A stretch of 64,000 bases of DNA from Eledone cirrhosa (Eukaryota), in assembly GCA_964016885.1 (NCBI GenBank), contig OZ024742.1, positions 182,838,001-182,902,000 on the forward strand, written 5' to 3'. This document shows, piece by piece, positions 14,979-29,354 of the stretch (position 1 is the stretch's first letter; every line of letters begins with the position of its first letter). Position numbers and translations under genes: made by a program. Below the pieces are notes generated by a model. That model was not told where the DNA came from. It did no database searches and was given only the letters and a program-made list of their open reading frames with translations.

Positions 14979-15438
14979 CTAGCAGAAAAACCACCATTCG
15001 CGTGGTTTTCTTCTGTATATTGATATTATACATAAATATATATACATGTACATATGATACATCAAATAAAATCGTAATTGACAATATACACAGAAATTGA
15101 ACAAAGTCTGTGTTACACTGTCTTCTGTAATCAGTAATCCATGATATATTAAAAAAAGACCACATTATATATAAACTGCATTAGGAGAAAATAAGCGACG
15201 AAAATATATGCGATTAAAAGGCCGCTAAACGGAAGTGTTGACATTTGATAATTTTAAAGAAGTGAATTTTAAAGACTCAGCTATAAAATATATTTAACGA
15301 ACAGCCACGAAATTTGGTCCATAAATTATGTAACATTCATTCATTATTTATTCAAAGTAATCCAACTCATTTTACAAACGGGGTAAAAAAATATATTCTG
15401 GACGCAATCCCGCAGACCTTCCTTTATTATAGTTAAGA
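14979..15438 (-). mobile_element. Short non-autonomous Helitron
   Basis: Minus strand: A|TCttaactataataaagg ... hairpin aaaaccac-gcgaatg-gtggtttt ... CTAG|T. Confidence 0.7.
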
Positions 15439-15458
15439 TATATCTATATATCTATCTA

Positions 15459-15499
<41 letters not shown>

Positions 15500-15577
15500 C
15501 GAAGGAGTTATGGTAAGGAACCAGATGGACCATAACACACCAGAGTACTCAATACTTAGAGTAATAAGAGAAAGTAT

Positions 15578-15692
15578 GAAAGTATGATCCCGATGGCAGA
15601 GCTCAAGCCGTTTCGATGGCTATTTCTCGACTCAGTGGACTCAGAAATAGCCGTTGAAACGGCATGGGCTCCGCCGTCGGGGTCATACTTTC
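15578..15692. repeat. Imperfect inverted repeat (50-bp arms, 15-nt loop)
   Basis: Arms 15578-15627 and 15643-15692, 7 mismatches. Confidence 0.9.
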
Positions 15693-15695
15693 TCC

Positions 15696-15788
<93 letters not shown>

Positions 15789-15824
15789 TATATATATATA
15801 TATAAATATATAAAATATATATAT

Positions 15825-15864
<40 letters not shown>

Positions 15865-15901
15865 ATATATATATATATATAAATATATAAAATATATATA
15901 T

Positions 15902-15933
<32 letters not shown>

Positions 15934-16006
15934 AATATATAAAATATATATTATATATATATATTGTATATATATATATATATTGTATATATATATATAT
16001 ATATAT

Positions 16007-16045
<39 letters not shown>

Positions 16046-16070
16046 AATATATATATATATATATTATATG

Positions 16071-16103
<33 letters not shown>

Positions 16104-16160
16104 ATATATATATATTATATATATATATTATATATATATATTATATATATATATTATATA

Positions 16161-16247
<87 letters not shown>
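15696..16247. repeat. Interrupted (TA)n array
   Basis: Direct inspection. Confidence 0.95.
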
Positions 16248-16248
<1 letters not shown>

Positions 16249-16716
16249 TAGCAGTGGTACCCGGCGTTGCACGGGATAAGGTATTTTGGAACGTGGGCCG
16301 CCAACAGACCTAATCGTGGAAAAACTGCATGCCTGGAAACTATGTAAAGAAAATAAACCGAATACTCTGATGGCTGGATAATCTAAGATTTTCCTCGATG
16401 ATGCAGGAAAAAGTCAGGTTTGCACCTCATGCGGGCCCTAGGCCATAAAAAAGTTGGATTTTCTTTGCTCACTGTATGAAGAAGAGTCTGATTAATACAT
16501 AGTTACAATTTCAAGGAAATCGCTCTGACGTAACGCCTCAAAAAAACCCTAAAAATCTGAAAAGGAAATTTTTCACCTAATACGACCCCTAGGGGATCAA
16601 AAATTGGAATTCATGCGCATAACACTCCCTGAAACATAAGTAATACACAGGTAAAGTTTGAAAAAAATCGGTTCGGTACTTCTCGGGTTTCACACACACA
16701 CACACACACACACACG
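16248..16716 (-). mobile_element. Helitron 3' portion (5' terminus not seen)
   Basis: Minus strand hairpin cccgtgcaacgccggg then taccactgCTAG|T, the same end type as 11181-11209. Confidence 0.7.
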
Positions 16717-18570
16717 CCATTTCTTCATGTAGTGTTATGACATCAAAGAACTACTCTGGCTTTGTTATTTACATCTGCCTCAGTGGGCATGTGAACACAC
16801 TTTTGTACTGTTCGTTCAGTATTTCACATATCTCTTGGGGGATTCTCGGTTAATGAACCGTCTGTATTGAAGAATAGCCCAATCTTGCAGTGTACCGAGG
16901 CAGTTTCTTTTGAAAATTTAAAGAAGGCCTTAGGGTTTGTTTTAATATTTTCTATGGCCCTGCTTTCTTTCTTTGCCCTCTCATTTTCATGGGAAAGTTT
17001 GAGTGCAATCTCCGTGCCAATTAGTGCACATTTCAAATAGGATTCCTTCTTGTTTTTGTTTTCTTGTTATACATTCAACTGGTTTGAGAGCTTGGTTCTA
17101 CGTCTCATAAGGATTTTCCTATCTCTGGGAATAAGATTTTTGTGTCTATTTGCTTTTTTCTCCGGGACAAACTATATGCAAAAAGTTTGTATCATTGTCA
17201 TGAAGTATTGAAATTGTGTGTTGGTGTCTTGTGTGGCGGTGTTTTCGCTCCATATTTGCTTCCGTATTTCTCTCTTGATCTTTTTCCAGTTAGCCTTGTA
17301 GAAGTTAAGGCTGGATAACGTCCCGGTGCTTCTTGATGGTTGTGTCTCTGTTGGTTCTCTCGGACCACATATCATTAGTTCTACTAAGTTATGATCCGAG
17401 AAAATTGTTGGTGTCACCTTTACATATAGGGGTCCAGGACATTTTCGCCTCTTGTTGGGAGGAGTACTGCTTGTTCCATGAACAGCCTGTGTTGTGAGGG
17501 CCAGCAGGGACTCCGTCTGTCTCTGTTCTATTGACGTCATTCCAGGGAGGAGGTGGCCCTCAGGTCATTTGACCTTTAGCAGGTTGAAGTCTCCCAGCAG
17601 TAGAATGTTGAGACCCTGGTCCAGTTTGTCAAGGACCTCTTCTATCCTACTGAGGCTATCCTCAAATTTACCCTCATGACTGGGGGCATCGGGTGGCCTA
17701 TATGTGACACATATTACTGTCTTTAGTTGCTTCATATATACTATCAGTGTGTCACAGACTGAGTTTGAATGTGTCAACAGTATAATTGGTGTGACATCTT
17801 CACGGATATACAGAGCAACCCCACCATGAGTTCTCTCCGTCCTGTCCGAACGAAATACAGTACATTTCGGTATATGTATTTCTGCAGCTGGTATACTGCT
17901 TGTCAGGTGCGTTTTGGTTAGTGCCATGAATAATGCTTGATTGTTTATGGCTAAATCTTTCAGGTAGGAAATTTTACTCATGTTAGTGAGTTTCACCAGG
18001 CCTCTGACATTCAGCAGCAGCACTGGCGTGACTTTTGGGGTGCCAGCAATGGCTGTCGGTATGACACTTGGCCTGGTGTCAGCGGCAGCCACTCTGCGTC
18101 CCTTAATTGTGGTGGTCTTGAGTGCTGGGGTGGGTGACCCTAGCTCTGAAACCGATGCAGCCAGGTCAGCTGTCCCACAATCTTCTCTGCCATCACTAAA
18201 AAAATGTTTCTGCTCTGCTGCTGCCATCTGTATCTCGTCGGCATGTGTGTGCCTTCTCCTTGTTGGCGCGGCACGCGCGACATCAGCATACTTCTGGGCG
18301 GCTTGTTTTGGCTTTGGCTGGGGCATGTTGCGGGAATAGGATGGGCATAGTTCGCTTGGGGCCTGGGGTGAGCGAATCTGCAGCCATCCCTGTCTCTCCA
18401 TGCCAGCAGGTCTCGTTCCTGAAGAACTTGCACATTATCTGGGTGGTTTTCTTGCTCCCAGTGTCTCGGTGCTTTCTGTTCTTCCTTTGGTCAGTTGTCC
18501 ACTGGTCCCTCTGCGCTTGGTTCTCCTTCGGAATGTGATTTCTCTTCTCCCCTTTACCGTTTGCTTGTTA
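16717..18570 (-). mobile_element. Degraded APE-type LINE, 5' half only (Cys/His-rich N-terminal part, AP endonuclease, linker; no RT)
   Basis: LLLNVRGL, ALTKTHL, RSDRTERTHGGVALYI, TYRPP, LLGDFNL, SDHNLV, NFYKANW, IKTNPKAFFKF; frameshifted. Confidence 0.85.
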
Positions 18571-18573
18571 TTA

Positions 18574-18627
<54 letters not shown>

Positions 18628-18937
18628 TAATAAAAATAATGAATAAAAACAAAGAAACAGTTCCTTATATTAAAAAATTCATCATTTTACGATCGTTTCT
18701 AGGATATATATGTGTGTGTTGGTTTGTATATCATATAGATCTATGTAAAATTTTTACAAACTATCAGAGAGAATATACATACCTACACATATATATGCTG
18801 TCTTCAGAAATAATGATATTTGTTTATTGAAAAAAAACAACAAAGATTTAATATAATAGGTCTGTTTGGGAACAGGTTTTGAATTGACCAATAGAAAGGT
18901 AGTACGTTACCGTAAGTATATATATATATGATATATA

Positions 18938-19025
<88 letters not shown>

Positions 19026-19058
19026 TATATATGTATATATATATATATATACAATGTT

Positions 19059-19130
<72 letters not shown>

Positions 19131-19169
19131 GAGAGAGATATTATCTATCTATACATATATACGTTTGGA

Positions 19170-19223
<54 letters not shown>

Positions 19224-19933
19224 AGTGTGTGTGCGTGATGCAAGCTCGCACGCGAATACATACCACAACACACACATTTATGAGTGTGTGTATATATATA
19301 TATATATATAGTGACAATGTTTTCTCATACTGATATCAACTTACGTGTCTCTTTATATGTTTATAGTTCTGTGAGAGCTGTTATGCTATTTTATCACTAT
19401 TGTTTTGTGTTAGATTAGATGAAGTAGCACTAATAGACCTACAACATGTGTATTGATAGCCCACCTCCAGATTTTGGCAACTAACTCATATCAAACGATT
19501 GCATGGGGTCTACTTCAACGCTGCGCTTCTTTTCTTTTCATATAAACGCCGTATATCGTAAGCATTACAAATAACAAGATGCTCGTAAAGCAAATATCGT
19601 TTAGCAGATATGATAAATATCCTTGTACAGATAGCTTTGAAGGGAGTGCTCGTGAACTTGTTGCGAGCTAACGAATTTATGTCTAAAAGGGTGTTCGTGA
19701 CGAGTAAGAGCCAGGTCAATAGGTACAATAGAAGACATGAAAGCAATATTGCCACTCAACTCTTATTTCAGTATTACGCTCTCTTTGGCTATGAAATAAA
19801 TGGTGTGATACTGATACTCTTATACAAGTATTCTCGCCCTTGCATAGACATACACACGAACACCAATACACAAACACACATATGTGAATATGTATGTGTA
19901 TATATATATATATACAAGTGTGTGTGTGTGTGT

Positions 19934-19989
<56 letters not shown>

Positions 19990-20377
19990 AGTTGGGGTGT
20001 ATGTGTGTTTATGTGTGTACACGCAAAGAGGCGAGTTGGTAGAGTCGTAAGAAACTATTTTGTTCCGTCTCTATTCTCTCTCTGATTTCAAACCTCGCCG
20101 ATGTCACTTTGCTTTCTTCCTTTCGACCACTGGGCCATATGCTTTCTGTATATATTATTCCCTTCCTCTCTATATCATTCTATCTTTCCTTCTCTGGAAG
20201 AAATCGAGTGTGTTCAGATTTGAAGCCATGTGCCCCTTCAGGTTTTAAATGCTCAAAATACGCCGTGTCATGACGCCCCCCCGACACATATATATATATA
20301 TATGTGTGTGTGTGTGTATGTGTGTGTCTGTGTGTATGTGTGTGTATGTGTGTGTGTGTGTCTGTATGTGTGTGTGG

Positions 20378-20650
20378 AGGCACGTGGCCTAGTGGTAAGA
20401 GTGTTGGGATTACGATCATAACGTCGAGGGTCCGATTCCTGAGTTGCGTGCTGTGTTCTTGAGCAAAACACTTCATTTCACGTTGCTCCAGTATACTCAG
20501 CTGAAAATGAGTACCAGCAATAGAGGAGAGTTTAACCTGCGATAGACTGGCGTCCTGTCCAGTGGAAGTCTTGTATTCTCACTCGCTTCATGCCATGAAA
20601 CCGGGAAAGTACCGGCGAAATGAGCCTTCTGGCATAAGACAGACTTTAGA
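20378..20650 (+). mobile_element. SINE family B copy
   Basis: tggcctagtggtaagag...gggtccgattcct; long match to 27340-27590. Confidence 0.75.
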
Positions 20651-21085
20651 CTTAAGATAAATATATATATAAACATAAATATTTATGATAGTTTTCTACT
20701 CGAATCGAAAGCTGGTGGTACGTGTTTCCAACTTATGAGTTCTGCACTCGTCACCACATTAGCATCGCCACGGTGCTTTAAACAGGAGGCGTAATCAACA
20801 ATCCTTGTGCAGGCTTTCCAATAAAACATGTGTACCTTACACAACACACCTTAGACAATTTCTGTCGTATTGACATGGTTCATAGACAAGCTGGTGTTAA
20901 TAAATGTCGCAATTTAGGTAATATGAAGACACCATGATCTCCAACTGATTGGTGTTGAAGACCACCAAAATAGCCAAAACGTTTCTCTGAACAAGTTTTA
21001 TATCAGCCGAATATTCTACTATTGGCATGCTTTAACGAAATACTATGTGGTGACTCACTCCTGGTAATTTTATAACACACCATAC

Positions 21086-21302
21086 CAGGCATGTGAAACA
21101 TGCAGCCACGGGCCGCATGAAGCCCTTTACAAGCACACCTGCTGTCCGCACAAAGGTTTTTACAGCATGAATATGTTTTATCTTTGTAATATGAAATTAA
21201 AAAATTAGTTGTAATCTGAGCAATTAGTTGTCGCGTGTGGCCCTCAGATAACACATATGTGACCACTGTGGCCCTCGGGAAACCCCCAGTTTGTCATGCC
21301 TG
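21086..21302. mobile_element. hAT-like MITE
   Basis: TIRs caggcatgtgaaac / gtttgtcatgcctg and an 8-bp TSD caccatac / cactatac (one mismatch). Confidence 0.8.
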
Positions 21303-22917
21303 CACTATACAGTATTTCTATGTTCAAGTGTCTTTGCTGGATAAACCTTGACTTTACCGACACTTAATTCATTCATCCTTTTGGTAGGGATTGTTTTTGT
21401 CCTGATGTGCTTCTAGCTACCCCCCACAACACATTATCCTTAAATGGTTGCCAGTCTAGTTGCCGAAGGCCCAACCAAGCAACAGAATTAAACATTACAA
21501 ATGACCAGAAGCGCTCACGAGCAATTCTTCTAGTAAACACATGCACGCGCGTTATTATTTTCATTGCTATAAAAGGTAAAATATAATGAAAATATTATTA
21601 TTATTACTGATGTTGGACCCAATTCTTTTTAAATGGCTTTCAGTCCTAGTGCTCCCAGTGCCAAATGTCCCGACAACGTGGGATCACCTCAACCTTTCTT
21701 ATTGCCCACAAATGTTTTAACTCCTATGCTATTGGTTCGTATCTCTCAACCTTCTTCAATTCTTTGTTGTAAACCTTATTGTTGGTGAGACAAGCCGTAA
21801 CAAGAATCAAACATTGTTTGTTAACTTTGCTGATCACCACAATATTTGGTTTGTGATATTCAATTTCATGGTCACATTAAACCATAAAGCCCCATAGAGT
21901 ATTCTTCTTCTTCTTCTTCTTCTTCTTCTTCTTCTTCTTCTTCTTCTTCTTCTTCTTCTTCTTCTTCTTCTTCTTCTTCATCCTTTCGAGGTCGATAAAA
22001 TAAAGTACCAGTCACTTACAGAGATTGATTTAATAGACTTTCCCCTTCGCCCAAATTGCTGGCCTTGTGCCTAAATAAGAAATCATTATTATTATCATTA
22101 TTTGTTGTTGTTTTTGTTGTTGTTGTTGTTAAGGTATAGCTGTTTCGGCTCTGTACATTCTGAGTTCAAGGCCCAACGAGATCAATTTGCCCTTCTCCTT
22201 ACGAAGTCAATAAAATAAAGTATCAAGCAAATATTGGGGTCGATATAAGCGACTGCTTCCCTTCCACTAAACTTAAGGAGAATGTATATTCATTTATATC
22301 GAATTTCCAGATGTTTTAATACATTGATGTATTTTCGAAGGTATTGTAATGGATTGATATCGGCTTATAAACTTATTTTTTAAAGGATTTAAAAGAATGC
22401 GAAAGAATAAAAAAGAAAAAAAGAAATAAAACTAAATAAGGGCAAAAAACATTGGAAGGAAGGGGAAACGAAAGAAGAAAACTTTTGAAAAGAAAGGGGT
22501 AGTTGCTGTTGATATGTTAATGAGTAGAAAGATGGAATGGCGTCGTCAATATATTAAAGAGTACAAAGATAAAGTGTAGTTGTTAATATGTTAATGAGCA
22601 GAAAGGAAGGGATCGAGTTGTTAATATGTTAATGAGTAGAAAGATAGGGTAGAAATTAAAAAATAAATTTTAATATATTTTGGTTGAGTGATTGATAGCA
22701 ATTATAAGATGTACATATATGTATAAGGCGAATTGGTAGAGTCCTTATGACGTCGAATAGGATGCTTTGCAGTATTCGTTCCGGCTCTCTGCTGCGGAGC
22801 TTAACTTTGCCTTCTTGCACTTCGTTTTCAGTAACCACACAGCCTGCCTCTTCACCTGTATTTTTGTATTTACTGCTGTGACCTCTCTGCCTGTATTGCT
22901 CGATTTGTATTTCGGAT

Positions 22918-23002
<85 letters not shown>

Positions 23003-23495
23003 GGTTGTTTTCGGCCTGGTCACACGTGTCGTAAAACCCTTTGGGATTAACTCCCTTTCCCTTCTCCTCCTTCTCTCTCTCCCTCTCTGACCCTCTTGCT
23101 CACCCCCTCTCACTTCCGGTTTCTCGGTCTTTCTCTCTCTACCTTCACTTTACTGAGTTCGCCACGGAAAAAAACCTTGCTCCGCAGTTATCACTTCCAA
23201 TGCCCATTGGCTTATTATAACTTATTCCACTTTCTCTTCGGTTACTTACATACATGTGCCATTGTCCTGTGTCCCAACTTCTATGTTTACTTCGTTCTTT
23301 CCTCTTTTCCTTTTTTCTTCTTCCTCTTCCTTCACTATCACTTCTTTCCCTCATGGCTTTTTGATGGATAAAAGGCCAAGGGCGCGCTACAGATCGATGT
23401 TCTGTTTTAAGCGGCGGCGAAACATCAATGATCTGTAGTAAACAGCTGATGAAGGGATACTTTTCTTCTCTTGCCTGGATCTTCACCTGTATTTT

Positions 23496-23624
<129 letters not shown>

Positions 23625-23869
23625 ACGGGGTTCTGCAGTCTCCGTCTCCCAAATTTCACTCAAAGCGTTTTTAACCTGAGACTGTAGTAGAAGACACATG
23701 CACAAGGTGCCTTGCAAAATGATCACATTCATTATATACATATATATACGGAAAAGTGTGTTCATACGCCCCGTTATTAGACTATTTTGTTTAGTCAAAT
23801 GTTATGGATAAGTCTTCTATTTCTATTTCAATTTTCAAATTTCGCTTGCCGCTTTCTAAACATACTTCC

Positions 23870-23975
<106 letters not shown>

Positions 23976-25485
23976 GCGTATGTGTGTGTGTACAGTTTGA
24001 TCATATCCCACTTCAGTAATAAACTCAGCCCAATACACATTGAACATACTATTGCCGCCTGGGGTACACCAGCCATTTCGCCCTTCATCCTAGTTATGCT
24101 TCTGCTTTGTAATACACTTTTATTGCTTCTTTTAACGACTTAAGGACGAATGAACATGACTTATAAACGTTTACAGGTTATATCAATTTTATTGTTGAAC
24201 GCAAATATACAATGATGAACGTTTCTTTATAAAAAGGATTAAAATATTAACCAGGAAGAGAGAAAAGGTGGGGAGAAAAATTAAATACGTGGTATATATC
24301 AGATGCTCTCCACGAACAAGATGGCGATATTAATGCCGCAGAAATTAGCCAGCGATACTCGCTACATCATCTATTGCACATCACTGGGGTCCTTCCTCGA
24401 GTAGGATGCCCTCCTCTCTATTAGACTGAGAAAAACGGCCAGCCATGTCACACACTGTCACACTGAGAATTACATTTGAGGAACTCATGCCTGTGGAATC
24501 TTCAGTCTCTTACATGCTAATTTCCTGAATAGTCTATTTTGTTGATCGAACAACTGAAACAAACAGAGTTGAAACCCATAGAGATCCATTCCATATTTTA
24601 TTAATCAAAATGGCTTACAAAACGGTTTCATCGTAGATTTCTGATATGAATGTTCATATCATAATTACATATATATCGAAAGAGATAGATTATCAGTCAG
24701 ATGCACATTTATTTCTACATGAAGCGCTATTTTGTTTAATAATGACTTTTAATTTAGGCACAAGGCCAGCAATTTTGAAGGGAGAGAATAGTCGATTTTA
24801 TCACATCAGTACTTAACTATTACTTTATTTTATCGACATCGTAAGGTTGAAACTCAAAGCTGACCTCAGCATGATTTGAACTTGTAAAGAGACATAATAA
24901 ATACTACTAAGCATTTTGTTCTATGCTCTAATCATTTTATTTAATAATAGTAAATGTTTGGGCACAAAGCTTGGTGGAGGAGTCACAGGTCAGGGCTGGA
25001 CAAAAACATTCCAGTCATGAGCATTTAAGGCCACATTATCCTATGCCTTTTCTCTTTGTAACAATAGGATGTAATTTGAGGAATATATGGCTACTATTTC
25101 TAGCAGGTCGATCGCCTACATAGTCATATCTTCGTTTGTCCATTTAGTTATACAGCTGTTTAATATGATCCGTTCCTATTTATATTTGAAGATTATTTCC
25201 TTCAAATATTATGTAATATATCAGTTACCCCATTTGAATACTATTTTGGACAAATAGTGAGACAGCCCAAGGATTTGAGACTGGCGAGCACTGTAATACG
25301 TGTGTCAGGCATCAGGGGAAAATGTAGCCAAGAAGGTGTTGGATTAGCAACATCTGGGTATGGACCGACAAGAGTCTTGTGGGAAATTGCAGAAGGTATC
25401 CACGGACCCTTGGGGGTCTTTAGTGATGATGGTGATGATGACGACGGTGTTTAAATATTATGTAGTTACTGCATCATATAAGTAG

Positions 25486-25613
<128 letters not shown>

Positions 25614-25619
25614 CATATA

Positions 25620-25865
25620 TATATAACCTACCAAGTTTGAATATTGTGTAATATATATTATCTACCATATTTGAATATTGTTCAATATATACAAACAGTT
25701 CGAACGCTACGTAATATAAATTATTTACCATCCTTGAATGTTATGTAATATAGTATCTATCACATTCAAATATTTTGTAACGTATATTATTTACCATATT
25801 TGAATGTTTTGTTATATATAATATCTACCATATTCACATGTTATATGTACTATATTTTAATGTTA
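25620..25865. repeat. Degenerate ~34-bp tandem repeat (taatatatattatctaccatatttgaatattg)
   Basis: The tctaccatatttgaat motif recurs. Confidence 0.6.
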
Positions 25866-25946
25866 TATAAGCGACTTGGCAGAGTTGTTAGAACATCCGA
25901 TAGAATGCTTTATGCTATATAGCATTCTATTATATACTATAATATA

Positions 25947-26002
<56 letters not shown>

Positions 26003-26083
26003 ATAATAATAAAATTGAAGACTAAATCCAAAGAGGGCTCGATAAGGAAAATATATATCAAATATATAAGAACCGTAGAGCAA

Positions 26084-26213
26084 ATATTTATTAAAATAAC
26101 AGATTAAAGTTTAAGCAAAGAATCGCTGCTTTCACCCTTAACGGGATCTTCTGAAAGATCCCGTTAAGGGTGAAAGCAGCGATTCTTTGCTTAAACTTTA
26201 ATCTGTTATTTTA

Positions 26214-26221
<8 letters not shown>
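26084..26221. repeat. Perfect palindrome, 67-bp arms, loop ctga
   Basis: Arms 26084-26150 and 26155-26221; the arm matches 4275-4340. Confidence 0.95.
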
Positions 26222-26253
<32 letters not shown>

Positions 26254-26518
26254 CTCTCTCTCTCACACACACACACACTCTTTCTCTTACGCTTTCTTCG
26301 AAAAATTCTTGTGCGTCCAATCCTGGAGAGAGTGATCTCCGCCAGTTTTAAATACCCATACGAATCCACCAGGAATTAAGGGCGAATGGATGAATGGAAT
26401 ATATATTCTATCACATGATATAATTACCGTTAGCTTCCTTCCTTGTGGTTTTATAAATTCCAATTCTAGAATGGTGTATTAAATACTAGTTTTATGTATA
26501 AATTATTATTTTTACTGA

Positions 26519-26722
26519 TTAACGCATTCGAAACCAACCCGGCCATTTAAAAGGATTACTATTTAACTTAAAATTTTCAACATAATTTTATATAAGAACC
26601 ATATGTTAAGTTACTATCTTAGTAATGAAATAATTAATGATTTTAGTAAAACCATCTACATTCCTTCTTAATTAATTAAAATAGAGTGTATTTCATTAGA
26701 AACACAGTCACGAATGAGTTAA
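26519..26722. mobile_element. piggyBac-like MITE
   Basis: ttaa-cgcattcg ... cgaatgag-ttaa termini; related internal sequence at ~62450-62660 and, inverted, at ~45500-45750. Confidence 0.6.
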
Positions 26723-27063
26723 GTCATTAGTACTTTATAATGTATATATTATTCAAGAATTTCTCTATAGATTACTACAGTTAATCTGAGTAAGGTCCGA
26801 CTGGAATATCAATTACTGGCATATACACACTGTACATACTTACATACGCGTATGCATGCATACATAAGCACATTTTATATCTGTTTATTTGTGTTATATA
26901 TGTATGTATATATGTATGTATGTGCGTGTGTGTGTGTGCGTTTGTTCAGCTCTTGCTCAATGAGGAAACATGCAATTCAGAGTACACCAGAGAGTAATTT
27001 AAAGACTATAATAAATAACAAACCCTGTGGATATTCTACAGTTTAATTAGAAACAACTACCAA

Positions 27064-27102
<39 letters not shown>

Positions 27103-27142
27103 TTCTCTTCTCTCCCTGTCTCACACACACACAGACACTTAA

Positions 27143-27215
<73 letters not shown>

Positions 27216-27339
27216 ACATATTTGTGAATATTACCATTTCGATTTATTTCCGTTATGTGTATTCATAAATATATGTGCGTATGTATGTTTGTGTACATGA
27301 TAAAAAGAGCTATAGTATTTCTATATTCTCTTGAATGTG

Positions 27340-27590
27340 GAAGTGAGATCATAATGTTGTGGGTTCGATTCCTGGGCTGGATTGCATGTTTTGTTCTTGA
27401 GCAAAACACTTCCTTTCACTCCAGTATACTCAGCTGAAAATGAGTACCAGCAATAGGTGGGGTTTAACCCTGCGATGTACTGGCGTCCTGTCCAGGGGGA
27501 AGTCTTGTACTCTCAGTCGCTTCACGCCATGACAACGGGATAATCACGAGCCAAACGAGCCTTAACTGGCTTAAGACAGACTTTAAGATA
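27340..27590 (+). mobile_element. SINE family B copy
   Basis: Matches the 20378 copy (ccagtatactcagctgaaaatgagtaccagcaatag). Confidence 0.75.
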
Positions 27591-28729
27591 GAATACTTCA
27601 TCGATAAGAATACTAGGGCCCATTAATATGTTGAAGTACCACATTTTGTCCGAAATACCTGAAGGCTTATGGGCCGGGCCAGGGGCGTCTGTGGCTTTGA
27701 TAAGAAACTGTCATAGAGTAGTCGATACTTTGTCAGCTTGTGATCTTCAACCGGTCGGGCGACGAGGTTTGAATCTGCCATTAATCGTAATGAAATGGCC
27801 TCCGTCGATATCGACGATGAGTGTTCCAGTTGTTCGATCCACGGAATAGCTTGCTCATGAAATTCATGTCTAAGTGGCTGAGTATTTCACAGGTACGTGT
27901 ACGCTTAACATATTTTTCGAGGAGATTCGTCATGACACTGTGTGTACGTTAAGTCTGATCCTTTGAAATGCAAGTACAGTATATTCGATGGGCCTCCAAC
28001 TATTTTCACCAGCCCAACTTCATTCAAAATGCATGCATCAATCTGAGATTATGATAAATGACACTTGCCCTGGAGGCAATGCAGTATGATCAAATCCCGG
28101 TCCTAATGATTGCGAAGCGAACTTCTTAACCACTCAGCTATACTGTGTCCACAGATCTCATTAATTATATTCTAAACTTGTATACAAAACATTATATTTA
28201 TATCTCTGTATATGTATATATGTGCATGCATGTGTGTGTTGTATATATGTGTATGCATATGTGTGTATGTATGTGTGAGCATATGTGTATGAATGTGTGT
28301 GTATGTATGCGTGAGCATGTGTGGCTATGTGAGTGTTTTATTAATCATTTTCTCATTAATTACTGATATTAATTAATGATTGTATCAACTATATTTTTAC
28401 TTTCATTCAAAGAAATAAATTGGTATTCCGAGCTAGATTTCTTTCTGCGTAATATCATATTTGACAAGATTGGTTTCTAATTTAGGTATTTATGATTGTG
28501 CAGATGAGTGCGGGTAGGTGGATTGGAGGTGTGGTGGTGTAGTAGAGTGATGGTGTGGAGGTGTGGAGATGTAGTCGTTCGGAGGTGTATACATGTGATA
28601 AAGTGCTGGTGTGGAGATGTGATGGAGGGGCGTGTGGTGGAAAAGTGACGTGGAGGTGTAGAGGGGAGCAGGGGTGGAGTTGTGGATGAGGTTACAGTGA
28701 GCCGCACCACTTTATGGGAGTGGAGTGAA

Positions 28730-28931
28730 TATATTGAACAATAAAAGGCAACTTTAAATTCATTATAACTCCTGTCCTAAGGTACGACATAAAATAAAAT
28801 AATTTACACCGCTCAGTCCAGAAATCGAGCCCATGATTTCTGGACTGAGCGGTGTAAATTATTTTATTTTATGTCGTACCTTAGGACAGGAGTTATAATG
28901 AACTTAAAGTTGCCTTTTATTGTTCGATATA
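28730..28931. repeat. Near-perfect palindrome, 97-bp arms, 8-nt loop
   Basis: Arms 28730-28826 and 28835-28931, 2 mismatches. Confidence 0.95.
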
Positions 28932-29354
28932 CTTCTACGCCAGTATTCATCAATCTCGTATGAAATTCAAATTGTCCCAACGAAATGTGAACCCAGAACG
29001 TAAATGCACACAACGAAATAGCTCAAAATATTTTGTGTGACACTCTAAAACAATGCTTAAATACAAATTCATCATCGTATAGTTGATGTCGATGTTCTCA
29101 ACCACAGCACTCTCTTGTGTGTATGTGTTGTTTAGCACTAGATTAGCATGGTCGAACTGATTCATAATCAAAGTCGTTCCATCATTTCCGTTTCTATACT
29201 TAAGACTGCACCATCCAATGTGTCGTTCGTGAGGTGAAATTTGAAGGAAATTTGACTGATATATTTAGCAAGCTAGAAACCACAGAGAGCCCCTTCTTTT
29301 CAATGTGTACAAGTGATAGAAAAAATAATTATTAATTCTATTGGTAGCAAGGGT

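Noticed and set aside
23385-23455. Hairpin ctacagatc...gatctgtag next to GAAA and CTGATGA
   Set aside because: No consistent hammerhead topology (no valid NUH with paired stems I and III).
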